This document shows positions 1 to 8,124 of a stretch of DNA of 64,000 nt, in pieces. The notes under the pieces were generated by a model. That model was not told the origin of the DNA. It made no database searches and saw nothing but the letters and a program-made list of their open reading frames with translations. Numbering within the stretch: the first letter of the stretch is position 1; each line of letters starts with the position of its first letter. The DNA comes from a virus (Duplodnaviria > Caudoviricetes): IMG/VR virus record IMGVR_UViG_3300042888_002988, positions 136,159-200,158 of that record; one strand, written 5' to 3'. The translations under genes were made by a program, and so were the position numbers.

Positions 1-446
1 GTAACCCTGGCTCCGACAGTAACCCTGGCTCCGGCAGCAACCCTGGCAGTAACCCTGGCTCCGGCAGCAACTTTGGCTCCGGCAGTAACCCTGACAGCGG
101 CAGTAACCCTGACAGCGGCAGTAACCCTGGCAGTGGCAGTAACCCTGGCAGCAACCCTGGCTCCGGCGGCAGCAACCCTGGCAGCAACCCTGGCTCCGGC
201 GGCAGCAACCCTGGCAGTGGCAGTAACCCTGGCAGCAACCCTGGCTCCGGCGGCAGCAACCCTGGCAGCAACCCTGGCTCCGGCGGCAGCAACCCTGGCA
301 GTGGCAGTAACCCTGGCAGCAACCCTGGCTCCGGCGGCAGCAACCCTGGCAGCAACCCTGGCTCCGGCGGCAGCAACCCTGGCAGCAACCCTGGCTCCGG
401 CGGCAGCAACCCTGGCTCCGGCGGCAGCAACCCTGGCTCCGGCTCC
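1..446 (+). repeat. Degenerate tandem repeat built from ggc-agc-aac-cct and ggc-tcc units
   Basis: The repeat units are directly visible in the sequence. Confidence 0.95.
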
Positions 447-455
447 TACCCATGA
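3..455 (+). CDS. 3' end of a Gly/Ser/Asn/Pro low-complexity repeat protein (5' end lies outside the window)
   Basis: Frame +3 is open from the window start to TGA at 453-455 and reads NPGSDSNPGSGSNPGS...GSGSYP. The agt/agc variation between units is synonymous (Ser) in this frame, unlike in the +1 ORF of the track. Confidence 0.75.
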   Translation, partial: NPGSDSNPGSGSNPGSNPGSGSNFGSGSNPDSGSNPDSGSNPGSGSNPGSNPGSGGSNPGSNPGSGGSNPGSGSNPGSNPGSGGSNPGSNPGSGGSNPGSGSNPGSNPGSGGSNPGSNPGSGGSNPGSNPGSGGSNPGSGGSNPGSGSYP

Positions 456-515
456 GCGTAAGTTTTAGACTTGCGCCGCGACCGGCCACTCAGCATATTC
501 ACTACGCAAACCACT

Positions 516-1271
516 ATGAGCACCAATAGCAAACCGCACCCTAAAACACCCAAGAAACAAGCAGCCAGCACACCAGCGGGGGAGATCAACCAAGAGCCCC
601 AGCTACTGACTGACTGGTTCGACAAGGTTTTCATTATCAACTGCGCGCACCGCCCTGACAGGCTGCAGGCAGTGAAAGAAGAAATTGTGGGTAAAAAACT
701 CGGGGACTGGGACAAGATCACTGTTTCCCCGGCCATTATCGGTGACTACACCACGCACCCTGCGGGATGGGGAGGGGGCCGCGGCGCATGGGGATGCCTA
801 CAGTCGCACAGGCGAATCATGGAGGATCTCATGCACATGCGCGATGAGCGCGGTGACATGAACTGGGAGCGCGCTTTGATACTGGAGGACGACGTATTTT
901 TCTTGGACAACGCCTTGCGTGACCTGGGTGACTTCATGCGAATTGTGCCAGACGGCTGGGGACAAATCTATCTCGGCGGGCAGCATCGTGGCACGCAGCC
1001 GGTGCCGGTAATTCCGGGGGTGTTGCAGGGTCACTCGATCAATCGCACGCACGCCTATGCCGTCAGTCGTCAGTTTATCCAGAAGATCTACTGCCACATC
1101 TCCTACATGATGGATTACAACGGCAACAACAAGCACATCGATCACCAGTTGGAGCTGGCGCATCAACGCAAGGACTGGCTAGTATATTGTCCGCCCAAGT
1201 GGATCTGCGGGCAACGCGCGGGCGCGAGCAACATCAGCGGCAAAACTCTCCCTGACCAAATTTGGCAATGA
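516..1271 (+). CDS. Glycosyltransferase family 25 (LPS biosynthesis-like)
   Basis: Motifs KVFIINCAHRPDRL, GCLQSHRRIMED, ALILEDDVFF and THAYAVS. Start taken at ATG 516 after an A/C-rich leader. Confidence 0.85.
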   Translation: MSTNSKPHPKTPKKQAASTPAGEINQEPQLLTDWFDKVFIINCAHRPDRLQAVKEEIVGKKLGDWDKITVSPAIIGDYTTHPAGWGGGRGAWGCLQSHRRIMEDLMHMRDERGDMNWERALILEDDVFFLDNALRDLGDFMRIVPDGWGQIYLGGQHRGTQPVPVIPGVLQGHSINRTHAYAVSRQFIQKIYCHISYMMDYNGNNKHIDHQLELAHQRKDWLVYCPPKWICGQRAGASNISGKTLPDQIWQ

Positions 1272-1447
1272 AAACGTCCGTAATACCAGGTCTTATGTTG
1301 ATGGCGCGCACCGACGCGTCGCCCGATTATCTGCACGCGTTCCTCAGTCACCATGGTGTCAAGTTCGAGTCTATCAGTAAAACGTCATGGATCAGGCAGT
1401 CTGATGTGCCAAAACTCGAATCTGTATCAAATGGAAAATCTGCATGA
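1268..1447 (+). CDS. Small hypothetical protein
   Basis: ATGA overlap with the upstream stop codon; fills the gap in the operon. Confidence 0.45.
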   Translation: MKTSVIPGLMLMARTDASPDYLHAFLSHHGVKFESISKTSWIRQSDVPKLESVSNGKSA

Positions 1448-2141
1448 CAGGGTCACTGTGGTGATCAAGACGTTCATCCGTTATCAGACTTTGCGGCGCA
1501 CCATACGCCGCATTAAGTCCGTGTGGCCGGGTCTTCACATAATCGTTGTAGACGACACGCCGTTGAAATTACGCAAGCCTATCGCGATACCTGGCGTGAC
1601 GTTCGTCGTGACCGAGCCGGACATCGGGCTGTCTGCCGGACGTAACCGCGGGTTTGCGGAGGCATCGACCGAGTATGTGCTATACACTGACGATGATGCC
1701 TTTCCGCATGCGAGCTCATCGCTGGCCGATCTGGAGCACCTAGTGAAGCAACTGGACGCGGGCCTAGCGGATCTGATTGGGTGGCGAGGATGGACCATCA
1801 ACGAGAATGGCGGCAGGCTGTCGTTTCGAGGAGTCAGGCCCGGGGATCTGACGGTGTGTCAAGTCACGGAAAATGCTTACATCGCCAGGCGCGCTGTACT
1901 GGTGCAAAATCCGCACCCTGAGGAGATCAAGATTAACGGGGAGCACTTCTCGTTCTTCTACTTGCTCTACAAGGCCAAGGTAAAAGTGCGTTGCTCCAAG
2001 CTTCTGCGCTTCATCAACACCAAGGCCAGAAATCCTGAGTATACAGCTTATCGCAACCGGACGTATCGTAAGGCTGCCAAGCGAGCGACCGGTTACCAAG
2101 GCGCGCTATGGCAAGCTCCATCAGCAGACAGTGGATCATGA
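1431..2141 (+). CDS. GT-A fold glycosyltransferase (GT2, resembling the GT12/B4GALNT catalytic domain)
   Basis: Motifs VTVVIKTFIRY, HIIVVDD, GLSAGRN and YVLYTDDD (DxD). Confidence 0.85.
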   Translation: MENLHDRVTVVIKTFIRYQTLRRTIRRIKSVWPGLHIIVVDDTPLKLRKPIAIPGVTFVVTEPDIGLSAGRNRGFAEASTEYVLYTDDDAFPHASSSLADLEHLVKQLDAGLADLIGWRGWTINENGGRLSFRGVRPGDLTVCQVTENAYIARRAVLVQNPHPEEIKINGEHFSFFYLLYKAKVKVRCSKLLRFINTKARNPEYTAYRNRTYRKAAKRATGYQGALWQAPSADSGS

Positions 2142-2731
2142 TCGTTACCGAGTTGAACCTAGTGTTCCTACACCCCAGTAAGACGGGAGGAACTTCCGTA
2201 GAGAAGGCCCTGCTCTCGGCCCTCCTGCGCGGCCCGCTCAGCGATCTGGAGCGCAAGCATTACGCCATATGGGACAAAGGCAGCTCGCAGCACTGGCCTT
2301 TGGCGCACCTGCTGCGCCGTCGCCCGGAGGTTGCTAACTACAGGCAGGTGATGACGGTTCGCCATCCATACCACAGGTTCGTCAGTGAGTTCAATTATCA
2401 AGTGGCTGGTAATCGCTACAAGGTATCCCCATTTGAGCAATTCTACCGAAGCAATGATGTCAACGGGGCCATCCTCAGCGGCGCCCTGTGGCAGTGCAAG
2501 TATCCATGGCACGGCGCCAAGCAATGCGATTATCTGGGGGCAACGACCGAGATCATGCGGCTCGAGACATTGTCCCAAGACTGGGCTCGATGCTTTCCGG
2601 AATTCGAAGCGCTGCCGCACGAAATGAAGTCTCGGTCGGTCGTCACTGTCGCCGACTTGGACGACGAAGCGAAGGCGGAGCTAGTGAGGCGCTACGAGGA
2701 GGACTTTAGAGTGTTTAATTATGAGCCATGA
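2138..2731 (+). CDS. Sulfotransferase (Sulfotransfer_2-like)
   Basis: 5'-PSB motif FLHPSKTGGTS and 3'-PB motif VRHPYHRFVSEF; ATGA coupling with the upstream gene. Confidence 0.85.
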   Translation: MIVTELNLVFLHPSKTGGTSVEKALLSALLRGPLSDLERKHYAIWDKGSSQHWPLAHLLRRRPEVANYRQVMTVRHPYHRFVSEFNYQVAGNRYKVSPFEQFYRSNDVNGAILSGALWQCKYPWHGAKQCDYLGATTEIMRLETLSQDWARCFPEFEALPHEMKSRSVVTVADLDDEAKAELVRRYEEDFRVFNYEP

Positions 2732-3980
2732 TCTAACTCTGCAGGCCACGCCGTGGCATATAATCAACCCGACGCACATACCAGTAGCGGCGACGGCCAA
2801 CCTTGGAGACGCCATACAGAGCGCAGCTGCGCGGAAACTGTGGCCGACCACGAAGCTCGTACATCGCGATAAGCCGCGCTCGTGGCCCAAAGATGCGATA
2901 GTACCACTTGTTGGGTGGTATGGACATCATCGACAACCATTTCCAGCGTCGGCGAACGTCGTCATAGTAGGCTTTCACTGCAACCCAAAGTCGGCGCGCT
3001 GCCTGAAAAATCGCGCGGAATGGTTTAAGTCGCAGGTGCGCAATCAGGGCTTCCCAGCGTTCTGTCGTGATATTTACACGCGGGACCTGCTGCGATCGGT
3101 CGGTGTTGATGCGGAGTTCGGTGGCTGCGTCACGCTTACGCTACCTCCCCATACGGGCCCACGATCGGGGAGTATTGTCATCGATGTAGCCGGAGCCGAT
3201 CCGCGAGAGTTGAGCACGCACGAAATCGTAGCGCTTAGCAATATCCGGGCAGAGCAGCGCCTGATAGAAGCGAACAAACAGATAGCGCAGCTGGGGAGCG
3301 CGTTGACTGTGCGGACCTCCCGCCTCCACGCGTGGTTGCCTAGCCTGGCCGCGGGAACAAACGCATCGTTGATATTTCCGCCGGCCGCCGGTGACGTCAG
3401 GTTCACCGGCTACAACATCAACGCCAAGACCCGGCAGGAGCTGTTTTCTCAGACGTCGCGCGCAGAGCCGCATCGTTACCGCCTCATCGAGGGGTGGTTT
3501 GACTTCGCAGATGTATACCGGGATATCGCCGATCGATTGCCGACGGGCGGCACGTTTGTGGAGCTGGGAGTTTACGCCGGAAAGTCGCTTAGCTTCATGG
3601 TTGATTATCTGGCGTATCTAGGCAAGGAAGCGCGTGTGCTGGGTGTCGACCTTTTTGATCGGGTAGCCAAGCCCAAAGTAGAAAGCGCGCTGGGGGACGG
3701 CGCAGAGCTGCTGCAAGCTGATTCGGCGGCGGCAGCTGCAGCATTTGCCGATGGTTCTGTGGACGCCGTGTTCGTGGACGCAAATCACTCGGCGGACGCC
3801 GTGGCAGCGGACATCCGGGCGTGGCTGCCTAAACTGTCCGCGACGGGCGTCATTGCCGGCCATGACCTAAGTCCAGGTCACCCGGGTGTGCGGCGTGGGC
3901 TGTTGCGCGCTGGTATCCCGTATGAGCCAGTTTCCGCCGCCTGCTGGATACATGATCGCCGTCAATCTGAAGTTGACTAG
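2721..3980 (+). CDS. Fusion of polysaccharide pyruvyltransferase-like domain and class I SAM methyltransferase (Methyltransf_24-like)
   Basis: N-terminal NLGDAIQS, GCVTLTL and TSRLHAWLP; C-terminal FVELGVYAGKS, VFVDANH and VIAGHD. Confidence 0.8.
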   Translation: MSHDLTLQATPWHIINPTHIPVAATANLGDAIQSAAARKLWPTTKLVHRDKPRSWPKDAIVPLVGWYGHHRQPFPASANVVIVGFHCNPKSARCLKNRAEWFKSQVRNQGFPAFCRDIYTRDLLRSVGVDAEFGGCVTLTLPPHTGPRSGSIVIDVAGADPRELSTHEIVALSNIRAEQRLIEANKQIAQLGSALTVRTSRLHAWLPSLAAGTNASLIFPPAAGDVRFTGYNINAKTRQELFSQTSRAEPHRYRLIEGWFDFADVYRDIADRLPTGGTFVELGVYAGKSLSFMVDYLAYLGKEARVLGVDLFDRVAKPKVESALGDGAELLQADSAAAAAAFADGSVDAVFVDANHSADAVAADIRAWLPKLSATGVIAGHDLSPGHPGVRRGLLRAGIPYEPVSAACWIHDRRQSEVD

Positions 3981-4007
3981 GTGGCCCCTCAGGATTAGCC
4001 ATAGCTC

Positions 4008-4391
4008 ATGCCTCTTTCGCTGGTAGCGCTCATCGCCCTCATCGTCCTGCTGGTCGCCGGCTGGACTGCCGCCTGGTTGTATTGGTTCTTCGAGGGTGAT
4101 CTGCGTCACGCTCTGTTCGCCTTCGTCTTCCCAGAATCTTGGCGCGCCGATCGTCACAAGGAGGATCTGCTCACACTCAACCGGGAGGATTTTGAGATGT
4201 TCCTGGCTGCCGAATCCGCCGCGCCACCATTCGTCCGCGGCGTGCTGGGATGCCCTGGTTGCTTTTCCGCCTACGTGTCGGCCTCAGGCACTGCTCTGGG
4301 TGTCGCGAGTTTTTTCTTCCCCATCTTCCTGGTGCCGTTGATATGGGCATCGGCGGCATGGGCTGGCCATCGCCTTCTCCACAACACCTGA
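4008..4391 (+). CDS. Small membrane protein with CxxC (DUF1360-like)
   Basis: Hydrophobic segments at both ends and the motif GVLGCPGCFSAYVS. Confidence 0.55.
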   Translation: MPLSLVALIALIVLLVAGWTAAWLYWFFEGDLRHALFAFVFPESWRADRHKEDLLTLNREDFEMFLAAESAAPPFVRGVLGCPGCFSAYVSASGTALGVASFFFPIFLVPLIWASAAWAGHRLLHNT

Positions 4392-4396
4392 GACCC

Positions 4397-4768
4397 ATGA
4401 ATCGCAAACTCCGAATCTTCCGTATGATGGGTGACAAACGCGTCCCCTACACCATCGAGCTGGACGAACAGCTCACCGTCATCGCCGAATACGCCGACAC
4501 CTCCGCGCTGGATCATGTGGCGATGGGGCGGAAGCCCGAGGCGGAAGCGTCGTCACCCGAGCGCAGGAAAGCCATGCTGGTCGCGCGCTGGACGACGCCG
4601 GCCGTGGACGTCAATCCGATCCCCGGCAGCGAGGAGCTCCGCCAGGAATTCTTCGAGGCGAAGCGGAAGTTGGACGAGCAGCACGGCGTCAAAGGTTGCC
4701 CCAGCTGCAAGCTCGGCCCGCTCATTCGTCAATATCGCGAGAAGCTGGAAAAGGCCAACCTGCTATGA
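4397..4768 (+). CDS. Hypothetical protein with C-terminal CxxC helix motif
   Basis: Segment NPIPGSEELRQEFF...GCPSCKLGPLIRQYREKL; phage-typical codon usage. Confidence 0.6.
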   Translation: MNRKLRIFRMMGDKRVPYTIELDEQLTVIAEYADTSALDHVAMGRKPEAEASSPERRKAMLVARWTTPAVDVNPIPGSEELRQEFFEAKRKLDEQHGVKGCPSCKLGPLIRQYREKLEKANLL

Positions 4769-4944
4769 GCATCCCGGGTATGTCGCAGTATCCGGACCTT
4801 GAGCAGAAATACCGCCATCAACTGGCCGACGCGCGCTCCCAGCGCTCCTCTTGCTCCTCCTGCGCAGTCAACAAGGTGCACGAGAAATTCAGGCGCTTAT
4901 TAAGTGAAAGGCTCAAGCGTGACAAAGTGCTGAAGAAGCGGTAG
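4765..4944 (+). CDS. Small CxxC protein resembling the C-terminus of the upstream gene
   Basis: Segment IPG...CSSCAVNKVHEKFRRLL; ATGA overlap. Confidence 0.55.
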   Translation: MSIPGMSQYPDLEQKYRHQLADARSQRSSCSSCAVNKVHEKFRRLLSERLKRDKVLKKR

Positions 4945-4953
4945 AGTAGCCGC

Positions 4954-5682
4954 GTGAACCAAGATCTCCCGCCGGTAATTCCGCCAGAAACACCCGAGTC
5001 GATCTACGACGCGTGGCGTGTGGATCCCACCCCTGACAACCTGGGGCGGGTCGTGAAGTCCTTGGACAACACGATCAATTATAAGCTGTCCACCATGGGG
5101 ATCGGGGACAACCCTCAGATGCGTCACCAGGCCCGCCTGTTTGCGGCGGACGCGGTCAAGAAGTTCGACCCAGCCTCCGGCACCAATCTCCGCACATGGA
5201 CGCAGAGCCAGCTCCAGTCGCTGCAGCGCTACCGCCGGGAGTCGCAGGGGCCGGTGAAGATTCCGGACCGCGCCTCACTGGACGCCTGGACGCTGGAGAA
5301 GACCTCGCGCGAGCTGGAGGATGAGCTCGGCTTCGAACCCGACGTGAAACAGTTAGCCGACCGTTCTGGGCTTTCGGTCAAACGGATCGCCGCCGTGCGC
5401 AAGATCACCCGACCGATGGCCGCCGCCGCGCAGATGTATGACGACGGTCAAACGCCGACTGATTTCCTGGGGGAAGCGCTGGAATACATCTACGACACTT
5501 CCGACCGCACCGACCGCAAGATCATCGAACTCACGACTGGCTACGGCGGCTCACCGGTGATGGCGAAGAATGAGATTGCTCTCAAGCTGGGCATATCGCC
5601 GTCGCAGGTCACCCGGCGCGCCGACAGAATTGGCTTCAAGGTGCAGGAGATGGATCAACAGATCGAGGGGGTGCACGCATGA
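4954..5682 (+). CDS. Phage-encoded sigma-70 family factor (regions 2-4)
   Basis: Region 2 KKFDPASGTNLRTW, region 3 ELEDELGFEPDVKQLADRSGLSVKRI, region 4 HTH KNEIALKLGISPSQVTR. Confidence 0.85.
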   Translation: MNQDLPPVIPPETPESIYDAWRVDPTPDNLGRVVKSLDNTINYKLSTMGIGDNPQMRHQARLFAADAVKKFDPASGTNLRTWTQSQLQSLQRYRRESQGPVKIPDRASLDAWTLEKTSRELEDELGFEPDVKQLADRSGLSVKRIAAVRKITRPMAAAAQMYDDGQTPTDFLGEALEYIYDTSDRTDRKIIELTTGYGGSPVMAKNEIALKLGISPSQVTRRADRIGFKVQEMDQQIEGVHA

Positions 5683-5978
5683 GAGGTCACGCGATCGCCA
5701 AGGAGGAAGACCGCACGCGTGCTTTCCAGGAGCACCGGCAGGAGCTGCAGGGGCGTCTACCCAAGGGGCCGTTCGAGTTCGCGGCAGATCTGGATTTCAA
5801 GGACATCAAGCCCGATGATAAGGACCCGCCTGTGGTGCGGCGTTTCAAGCTGGCTGTGGCGCGCGATGCGCGATACGCTGTGGCTTCAGGCCCCTACCTG
5901 CAGATCTTCGGTCTCAGCCAGGGCCTGCGGTCTATCTACGACGGTGGTGCTCAAATCCAAGACGGCAGTGCAACATGA
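5679..5978 (+). CDS. Hypothetical protein
   Basis: Coupled ORF (ATGA overlaps at both ends) within the operon. Confidence 0.55.
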   Translation: MRGHAIAKEEDRTRAFQEHRQELQGRLPKGPFEFAADLDFKDIKPDDKDPPVVRRFKLAVARDARYAVASGPYLQIFGLSQGLRSIYDGGAQIQDGSAT

Positions 5979-6376
5979 AAGCTATAAAAGTCATATTCGG
6001 GGGGGCCAACAAGGTGGCTATCGACTGGAACGGTTCAGTTGACGGATTGACTGCGGTCGCGCAACGCGCCGGCATCTCGCTGATGACGCAGGAAGGCTCG
6101 GACAAGTTCCTGCCAGCGCGCGGCACCAACGTGTCGCGGGTGCTGTTCAGCTACGGCGCGTTCGATGTCATGGGAATGCAGCACGTGCTCAATTTCGGGG
6201 CGTTGAAAGCTCGCAGCGACATGCAAGCCTTCGACGAACCTTCCCGCGCGCCGGAGGACAGGGTCATCGCGATCCGCACGACGCTGATCACCGTGAAGAA
6301 CAACGCCGCCCAGGTGGGCGTCACCGTATCCAACCAAGCCGGGCAGACGACCCGGGCCATCACTGAAATCGAATGA
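5975..6376 (+). CDS. Baseplate wedge protein, gp25/GPW-like
   Basis: 133 aa with LMTQEGSDKFLPARGT pattern; directly upstream of the baseplate J-like gene. Confidence 0.6.
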   Translation: MKAIKVIFGGANKVAIDWNGSVDGLTAVAQRAGISLMTQEGSDKFLPARGTNVSRVLFSYGAFDVMGMQHVLNFGALKARSDMQAFDEPSRAPEDRVIAIRTTLITVKNNAAQVGVTVSNQAGQTTRAITEIE

Positions 6377-8124
6377 ACCTGAGCTTCACCCAAGAATACT
6401 ACCCGTCCGTCGAGGAACTCACACCAGAGCAGATCACCGCTGCTCGCGAGCAGATTGTCACCGCCCTGCGGCCGTTCATGCCCGACGTGGACTTGACGCC
6501 CGGAACGCCGACGGGTGACTTCGTGGTCACGCCCATGGCGGTCTACCGCGCCGCAGCTGAGGAAGCCAACAATCGCCTGATGAGCGACCTGGACCTGGCG
6601 AACGTCGCGGACGGTCTGATCTACTCGTGCGAGTTCGTCAAAGCCTACCTCGGCAACTTCGCCGTCTACGATGTCGACAACCTGCGCGCCAGCGGGTTGG
6701 TGCGGTTGACTTTCACCAGTCCCCTCGCGAGGGATATCGCCCGCACCATTCGGTTCCAGTTCAACACCGAGGACGACTGGACGCTGATGGTGGCTGATCC
6801 GAATACCACAGTCATCAAGATCCTGCAGGCCGGCAGCGCCCATAACGGCCAGCCGGACACCTACGTCCTCGCGCAGACCACAGCGAACACATGGGCCGTT
6901 GACGTGCCGGTGGAGGGAGTGCTGAGCGCGCCGATCGAGGCAGGCACCGCCGGTGCCGCCACCGAAATTGCCACGGATCTCGTCGGGATCGCCGCAGCGA
7001 TCAAGTTCATGTCCGGCGTGCCGTCCGCGTCGCTCCCCGATCTGGCCAGGATGGCTCGCAAGATTGCATTCTCAATCACGGCCGGCTCGCGCGCCTCCAC
7101 GAAAGCACTGGTGTATCGCAACTGGCCCGAGTCCAACATGGTGTCGCCGGTCGTTCCAGGCGACGACGAGATGCAGCGAATGGCCGCGCTGTCGCCACTG
7201 GGACTGCAGTCGCCGGCCGTGGATCTCTACTTCCGCTCGGCGCGCGACATGCAGCGTGTCACCCAGAACATCCGACTGGATTATGTGAACGCTGCCGGTG
7301 CGCCGGCCGCCAAGGTTTTCCGCGGCGTGCTGCCTCTCCTGCACCGGCCCTCGCGCATCCTGGGCATCGAGTGGTCCGGAACCTCAACTGAGTCCAAGGT
7401 GATCAACTACCGGGTGTTCAGCAAATCCGAGCGCGCCGACCTTTTCGGAAGTTCGCACTGCGGCACCCGGTTCGAGTCACTGTATGCGCAACTGGTGCCG
7501 GTCCTTGACGGCTCCTCCACCCCGCTCATCCCGTTGAGTCAGGATGTCAACGGGCAATACGCCATCTTCACGATCACCTACGACTGCGACCCGCTGCTGG
7601 AGACGGTATCGTCGCTCCTTGAGTCGCCGGAGTATCGACCTGCGGGCGTGGATGTGCTGGTGAAATCGGGCCCGTTGGTTCTGTTCGAGGACCTGGCCAT
7701 TACCTACGTCAAGAAACAGGGCGTGAAGACCACGCTCAACACCGCGCGTGAACGCATCGTCGAGTATCTGCGCACAGCTGGACACCCGGACGACTTCCGG
7801 GTGACGGAGCTTTACGACATCGTCCGCAACGCCGGAGCCGACAAGGTGCTGCAGCTGACTGCCTCCGGTCAGATCCTGGTATCGGCCGCGAACAAGCTGT
7901 TCCGTGCCGCGGTCACGTCACCGCTGGCGACCGCGAATTGGGACACCCCGTCGGACTGGTTGCAGGTCATCCCATTCGTCGCCGTTGAAGAAGTTGCCGC
8001 TCCGGCGATCATCATCAACGGTCCCATGTCTCCCGGCGGCCCGACGGATATCTGGGCGGCCACCAATCGCACGGTGCGCTATGCGACAGACCCCTCAAGC
8101 GTGAGATTCATTGAAACCTCCTGA
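6373..8124 (+). CDS. Baseplate wedge protein, J/gp6-like
   Basis: N-terminal PDVDLTPGTPTGDFVVTP pattern, size and position after the gp25-like gene. Confidence 0.65.
   Translation: MNLSFTQEYYPSVEELTPEQITAAREQIVTALRPFMPDVDLTPGTPTGDFVVTPMAVYRAAAEEANNRLMSDLDLANVADGLIYSCEFVKAYLGNFAVYDVDNLRASGLVRLTFTSPLARDIARTIRFQFNTEDDWTLMVADPNTTVIKILQAGSAHNGQPDTYVLAQTTANTWAVDVPVEGVLSAPIEAGTAGAATEIATDLVGIAAAIKFMSGVPSASLPDLARMARKIAFSITAGSRASTKALVYRNWPESNMVSPVVPGDDEMQRMAALSPLGLQSPAVDLYFRSARDMQRVTQNIRLDYVNAAGAPAAKVFRGVLPLLHRPSRILGIEWSGTSTESKVINYRVFSKSERADLFGSSHCGTRFESLYAQLVPVLDGSSTPLIPLSQDVNGQYAIFTITYDCDPLLETVSSLLESPEYRPAGVDVLVKSGPLVLFEDLAITYVKKQGVKTTLNTARERIVEYLRTAGHPDDFRVTELYDIVRNAGADKVLQLTASGQILVSAANKLFRAAVTSPLATANWDTPSDWLQVIPFVAVEEVAAPAIIINGPMSPGGPTDIWAATNRTVRYATDPSSVRFIETS
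6581..6661 (+). repeat. Copy 1 of an 81-nt dispersed repeat (copy 2 at 49048-49128)
   Basis: 71 of 81 positions identical by hand alignment, in the same reading frame. Confidence 0.95.

Noticed and set aside
73-468. Track ORF reading ATLAPAA repeats (frame +1)
   Set aside because: It has a TTG start inside the repeat. Unit variation is synonymous in frame +3, which is the better reading.
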